The notes under the pieces: model-generated | Seen by the model: only the letters and a program-made list of their open reading frames with translations | Told to the model about the DNA's origin: nothing | Databases searched by the model: none | Program-made: the position numbers and the translations under genes | From: an uncultured virus (IMG/VR IMGVR_UViG_3300046167_000780) | Taxonomy: Duplodnaviria; Heunggongvirae; Uroviricota; Caudoviricetes; Demerecviridae | Virus record (IMG/VR): IMGVR_UViG_3300046167_000780 | Reading direction: 5' to 3' (one strand) | Length of the DNA: 64,000 nucleotides | Part shown: piece after piece, positions 59,711 to 64,000 of the stretch | Numbering within the stretch: position 1 is the first letter of the stretch | Layout: every line of letters begins with the position of its first letter

Positions 59711-60010
59711 ATGGCAATTACAAAAACAACTCGGGTGCAACGATGTGAGGTGTATTCAAAATCAGATGCTGATGCAGAGGCTACAGTTAGCGAAGCGTGG
59801 CCTACAGTAATGGTAGTCTATGAAGATGTGCTTGATGATAGTGAAGATGCAGATCTTCCAGTAACAGCAACTCGTGTAAAGCATTTAACCAAGTTTACTC
59901 TTACGCATGGGACCGATGACGAGGGAAATCCAACTGTCTCTTCGGCCGCTACAGTAGTAACTGGAGAAGATCAACTTGTACAAGATATTTGTGGTGCAGT
60001 TTGGTCATAA
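59711..60010 (+). CDS. Small acidic fibre-associated hypothetical protein
   Basis: AAGGAGG RBS, ends VQDICGAVWS. Confidence 0.7.
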   Translation: MAITKTTRVQRCEVYSKSDADAEATVSEAWPTVMVVYEDVLDDSEDADLPVTATRVKHLTKFTLTHGTDDEGNPTVSSAATVVTGEDQLVQDICGAVWS

Positions 60011-60012
60011 AT

Positions 60013-60039
60013 AAAAAAGGGGGCTAATCGCCCCCTTTT
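60013..60039. terminator. Bidirectional terminator between late and early regions
   Basis: AAAAAAGGGGGC-TAATC-GCCCCCTTTT between convergent genes. Confidence 0.9.
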
Positions 60040-60041
60040 CA

Positions 60042-60278
60042 TTACTCTACTACTTCGCCTTCGGCAGGTTCAGCAGCTAGCTCCTCTCGAAGCATATCAG
60101 TAAAACCTGTACGAGCCACTTCGATTTGGTCAAGGCGTGCACGAGTTGCATTACCCTGCTGTGCCAAATCCTGTAGCTGACCGACGAGATATTGAGCTTT
60201 CTCGCTCAAATCTTCGATCACGTAGTTGTTGTCTTCAAAAACCAATGTTGGCTTTTCTTCTGTTTGTACATCTGTCAT
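60042..60278 (-). CDS. Small coiled-coil hypothetical protein (DUF6447-like)
   Basis: NYVIEDLSEKAQYLV.QL pattern; AGGA RBS; family name from memory. Confidence 0.65.
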   Translation of the reverse strand: MTDVQTEEKPTLVFEDNNYVIEDLSEKAQYLVGQLQDLAQQGNATRARLDQIEVARTGFTDMLREELAAEPAEGEVVE

Positions 60279-60287
60279 AATAAGATC

Positions 60288-61250
60288 CTATTTAAATATA
60301 TCTTGCCAGTTACCCGTAGTACTTGCACGTGCGTACTCGGTGGCGCGATTTTCGAAAAAGTTAGTGTGCTCTACCGCATTCAACATATAGTCTAGCCACG
60401 GTAAAGGGTTCTCTTCACTGCCAAAAATCTTCTTCATACCAAGACCAAGAAGTCTTCGGTCAGCAATATAGCGAATATACTCTTTGATTTCTCCCGCTGT
60501 GAGATCCGGTACATCTGCACCTTCAAAACACAAATCAATAAAAGCATCTTCTAATTCTACAGTACGCTCTGCAGCGCAGTAGATTTCATACTTCAACTCG
60601 TCATTCCACAACTCCGGATTCTCCGCGATGAAAGTTCGGAATAGCTGAGACATACCCTCTACGTGGAGAGTTTCATCCCGAATAGACCACGTAACGATCT
60701 GTCCCATGCCCTTCATTAAGTTGTGACGAGGGAAGTTGAGCAAAATCGCAAAACTACTAAACAACTGGACTCCTTCCGTAAATCCACTATAAATTGCCAT
60801 AGTCTTTGCGATGTTCATGTTGGTATCCATACCAAAGTTAGACAAGTGCTCATGCTTGTCCATCATTGCCTTATGGTCCATGAACTTTTGGTACTCATCA
60901 TCTCCAAACCCGAGAGTTTCGAGTAGCAATGAATACGCTTCTTGGTGCACTGCCTCCATTGCAGCAAACGCAGAAAGCATCATTCGTACTTCTGGTTGCT
61001 TAAATGTTGGTAGATAGTGCTTTGCGTAGCCGCAACATACGTCTACGTCTGCCTGAGTAAAGAATCGAAAAATTTGATTAATCAATACTTTATTGCCTGG
61101 CGTGAGTTTCTCCCGATAGTCACGCAAGTCATCTGCAAGGTTGACTTCATCTGGCAACCAATGCATATGCTGTTGTGTTTTGTAATGTTCAAATGCCCAA
61201 GGGTAGTTGAACGGTTTGTAATATTCTCTTTCTGTGAGAAGATTCATCAA
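60288..61250 (-). CDS. nrdB: Ribonucleotide reductase class I beta subunit
   Basis: YKPFNYPWA, HWLPDEV, FFTQAD, EAVHQEAY, FTEG, DETLH, NFFE. Confidence 0.97.
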   Translation of the reverse strand: MMNLLTEREYYKPFNYPWAFEHYKTQQHMHWLPDEVNLADDLRDYREKLTPGNKVLINQIFRFFTQADVDVCCGYAKHYLPTFKQPEVRMMLSAFAAMEAVHQEAYSLLLETLGFGDDEYQKFMDHKAMMDKHEHLSNFGMDTNMNIAKTMAIYSGFTEGVQLFSSFAILLNFPRHNLMKGMGQIVTWSIRDETLHVEGMSQLFRTFIAENPELWNDELKYEIYCAAERTVELEDAFIDLCFEGADVPDLTAGEIKEYIRYIADRRLLGLGMKKIFGSEENPLPWLDYMLNAVEHTNFFENRATEYARASTTGNWQDIFK

Positions 61251-61468
61251 ATATACTCCATGACTTCTTCGAAGTCGCTATATCCTCCGACCCACTCACC
61301 ATTCACTAATATTTGAGGAACGGTTTTGGCACCGGGGAATAATCTACTAAATTCTTGTACTTCTTTGTTAGCGTCGATATATGTATAGTCGAGGCATAAC
61401 TCCTCTGCGAGGTCCACGGCTTTCTCACAAAAGCCGCATCCGTCTGCTCCATAAATTTCTATGTTCAT
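61247..61468 (-). CDS. Glutaredoxin
   Basis: CGFC active site, TVPQI, VGGY; between nrdA and nrdB. Confidence 0.92.
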   Translation of the reverse strand: MNIEIYGADGCGFCEKAVDLAEELCLDYTYIDANKEVQEFSRLFPGAKTVPQILVNGEWVGGYSDFEEVMEYI

Positions 61469-61469
61469 C

Positions 61470-63244
61470 TTACCCCTCACACGCTAGACATTCATTTTCA
61501 TCCATAGAATCAAAAATGCGTTGTCGTAGCGCCTCGTCCGATACTGTCTCCGCTCGCTTGTATGCTTCACTTCGTAGATAGTATAAAGTTTTTACTTTCT
61601 TTTTCCATGCAGACATATGTACTGCATGAAGTTCTTGCTTTGATACATCCGACGGGAAGAAAACATTCAGAGATTGACTTTGGCATATATGCTTTTGTCT
61701 ATCTGCTGCCATATCAATTACCCAGCGTTGATCAATTTCTACTGCCGTCTTAAATACATCTTTTGTCCAATCGTCCAAAAACTCAAGATGTTGTATTGAA
61801 CCACCATTTGTTACAATACTCTTCCACACTTCGTCCGTGTCCATTCCTATGTCTCGGAGAATATCTTCAAGATACTCGTTCTTTTGTAGAGAGGTACCAC
61901 TTTTAGTTTTCTGTGTATATGCGTTAGCACGGTAAGGCTCAATACTAGGACTAGTGTTGCCACAGATAATACTAGATGAAGCGTTTGGAGCAACAGCCAG
62001 CAAGTGACAATTACGCATACCCGTACCTTGTGCATCAGGCGCTTCTCCGAGCTCCATTGCAAGCTTTCGCGAAGCAGTCTCCGCAGCAGACTTAATGTGC
62101 CAGAACATAGCCATATTACGTCCTTTCGCCATTGCCGATTCAAACGGAATGTTGTGCCGTTGTAAATAGGCATGAAACCCCATCGCCCCCAAGCCAATTG
62201 ATCTCTCCCTCTCCGCACTATAGCGTGCTTTCTCTAATTCATTCGGAGCGTGAGCAATAAAGTAAGTAATTACGTTATCAAGCATTCGTACTAGGTCAGG
62301 AATGAAGTCAGGATTGTTACTCCAAGAATCATACTCCTCTAAATTCACACTTGATAGACAACATACTGCGGTACGCTCTTCGTTTGTTGGTAGTGTAATC
62401 TCACTACACAGATTAGACTGGTGTACTTGCAAGCCTAAATCTTTCTGACAATCTGGCAATGCTTCCTGTACAGTATCACCAAACATAATGTAAGGCTCTC
62501 CAGTCTCAACACGATTCTGAATCAACTTTACCCACAGCGCTTTTGCACTGATAGTCTTGATTACATGCCCAGAGTTAGGATCCACGAGAGGCCAGCTATC
62601 ATCAAAGCCCTCATGCTTCGTCGCGCCCTCGATGAGCTCCATGAAAGCATCAGGCACGACCACTCCATGATGCAGATTAGTAGACTTACGGTTAATATCA
62701 CCTCCAGTAGGTTTACGAACATCTAAAAACTCCTCGATCTCTGGATGGTTCATTGGTAGATATGCAGCATAGCTTCCTCGACGAGTAACGCCTTGAGAGA
62801 ATGCAAGCATCTCTGCGTCAACTACTTTCAAAAAAGGAATAACTCCAGTTGACTCAGACCCCGCTGAGGTCTTAGATCCTACACTACGGACATCGCCCCA
62901 GTATCCTCCGACCCCGCCGCCGACCGAAGAAAGAAACGCATTCTCGGTGTAGTGGCCTGTAATTCCTGAACGACTGTCTTCAGCATAGTTAAGAAGCAAG
63001 AGATAGGAAGGCCGCGCTTAGTACCACCGTTCGACAAGATTGGTGTGCTAAACATAAACCATAGCTTACTTGCATAGTCATACAGTCGTTGTGCGTGTGC
63101 TTCGTCATCTGCGAAAGCTTCTGCGGCGCGAGCGAAAGCCTGCTGTGGAGAACCTTCTCCGCCTACAAGATAGCGATCTTGTAAGGTTTTTATACTAAAT
63201 TCGGAAAGATAACGATCTCTCCTAAAATCAATTTCTATATTCAT
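61470..63244 (-). CDS. nrdA: Ribonucleotide reductase class I alpha subunit, about 591 aa, one-base deletion near 62995
   Basis: FSTPILSN, PISCF(LN), GGGVG, SNLCSEI, APNASSS, TLYYLR, C-terminal CLACEG; no ATP cone. Confidence 0.93.
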
Positions 63245-64000
63245 TTATTACTCGCTCAATATCAACAATGTTGTCTTGACCTATAGCGTCATCGCAAAAG
63301 GTCATTAAATCCATCAACTCGTAGTTTACGAGTAATTGTTCACAATTTGCATTCAGTTCTTGAATGTACTTGTATCTGCTATCAAGTGGCACGGCTTCAT
63401 AAATATCCCAAGCACTGCCATATTGCTCGATGAGCTGAACGGCACGCTTTGGGCCGATCCCAGGAATACCAGCAACATTGTCACCTTTATCTCCTGTAAG
63501 ACACTTCATTGAGATGTACATCTCGGGTGGAATGTCATAGTGCTCACGCCAATTGTCTAGTCTTACTTCTTTTCGAGTAACATAAGAGAATCTACCAACA
63601 TTTTCTTGTATCAGTAAGTCCCAGTCACGGTCACTCGAGATGAGCCAAACATACTCTAAATCGTACTTGTCTTTAAACTTCACGAGGTGTGCAGCTAGAT
63701 CGTCTGCCTCTACACCTTTATATCGAAGGACTGGGTAGTCTTCTGCAAGCACTTCGAGGCTTGCTTCGAACTCTTCGAAGAACTCTTGGAATGCAATTCG
63801 TTCTGCTTCTGTCTGTTCTGCGAATTTGTCCTTGCGATTCTGTTTATAATCAGGTGAGATGCCCTTACGATACGAAGATGATCCCCAGTCCGAACAAATA
63901 ATAATTCGTTTGCAATCATAAGATTTTGCTAAGCTCTTTACCGTAGACTGATAATCATACCTAAAGTCTGTACGGCCTTGATGCTTCCAACGAAACGCTA
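63228..64000 (-). CDS. D15: 5'-3' exonuclease/flap endonuclease (T5 D15-like), 5' end outside window
   Basis: Frame open to window edge: AFRWKH, SLAKSY, YKQNRK, GVEADD, SSDRDW, GDKGDNVAGIPGIGPKRA. Confidence 0.93.
   Translation of the reverse strand, partial: AFRWKHQGRTDFRYDYQSTVKSLAKSYDCKRIIICSDWGSSSYRKGISPDYKQNRKDKFAEQTEAERIAFQEFFEEFEASLEVLAEDYPVLRYKGVEADDLAAHLVKFKDKYDLEYVWLISSDRDWDLLIQENVGRFSYVTRKEVRLDNWREHYDIPPEMYISMKCLTGDKGDNVAGIPGIGPKRAVQLIEQYGSAWDIYEAVPLDSRYKYIQELNANCEQLLVNYELMDLMTFCDDAIGQDNIVDIERVINEYRN

Noticed and set aside
10277..62996. Frameshifts at about 10280, 10914, 44709, 49696, 49734, 50065 and 62995 as programmed recoding, phase variation or pseudogenes
   Set aside because: All are single-base indels, mostly in short runs, scattered across unrelated genes including nrdA; one-base repair restores full proteins. 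Long-read sequencing error is the simplest explanation; check raw reads.

Overview
This window is most of a T5-like (Demerecviridae-type) siphophage genome, probably from a marine Gram-negative host (inference from consensus sigma70 promoters, spanins and the protein families present). From left to right it contains: (1) 1-2760, a visibly GC-richer pre-early/first-step-transfer-like block on the minus strand (A2-like protein, HAD phosphatase, DEDD exonuclease) plus a repeat- and promoter-dense non-coding tract; (2) 2857-5021, tail-tip-type genes at the position T5 uses for its receptor-binding gene; (3) 5089-8352, a separately promoted operon of exported proteins with pilin-like and pilus-chaperone-like members, the best candidate for an undescribed system; (4) 8405-12424, terS followed by a cluster of very basic small proteins, a BTLCP/LapG-like cysteine protease, an EF-hand membrane protein and spanins; (5) 12428-28371, a T5-order packaging/head/tail module with an in-frame protease-capsid fusion and a probable +1 frameshift in the tail chaperone; (6) 28371-60010, about 30 kb of very large, repeat-built tail fibre genes; (7) 60042-64000, convergent early genes nrdB, glutaredoxin, nrdA and a D15-like 5' exonuclease. 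Seven single-base indels break genes and are most likely sequencing errors. No CRISPR array, tRNA, rRNA, integrase or reverse transcriptase was seen. All family assignments come from motif recognition and synteny, not database searches.
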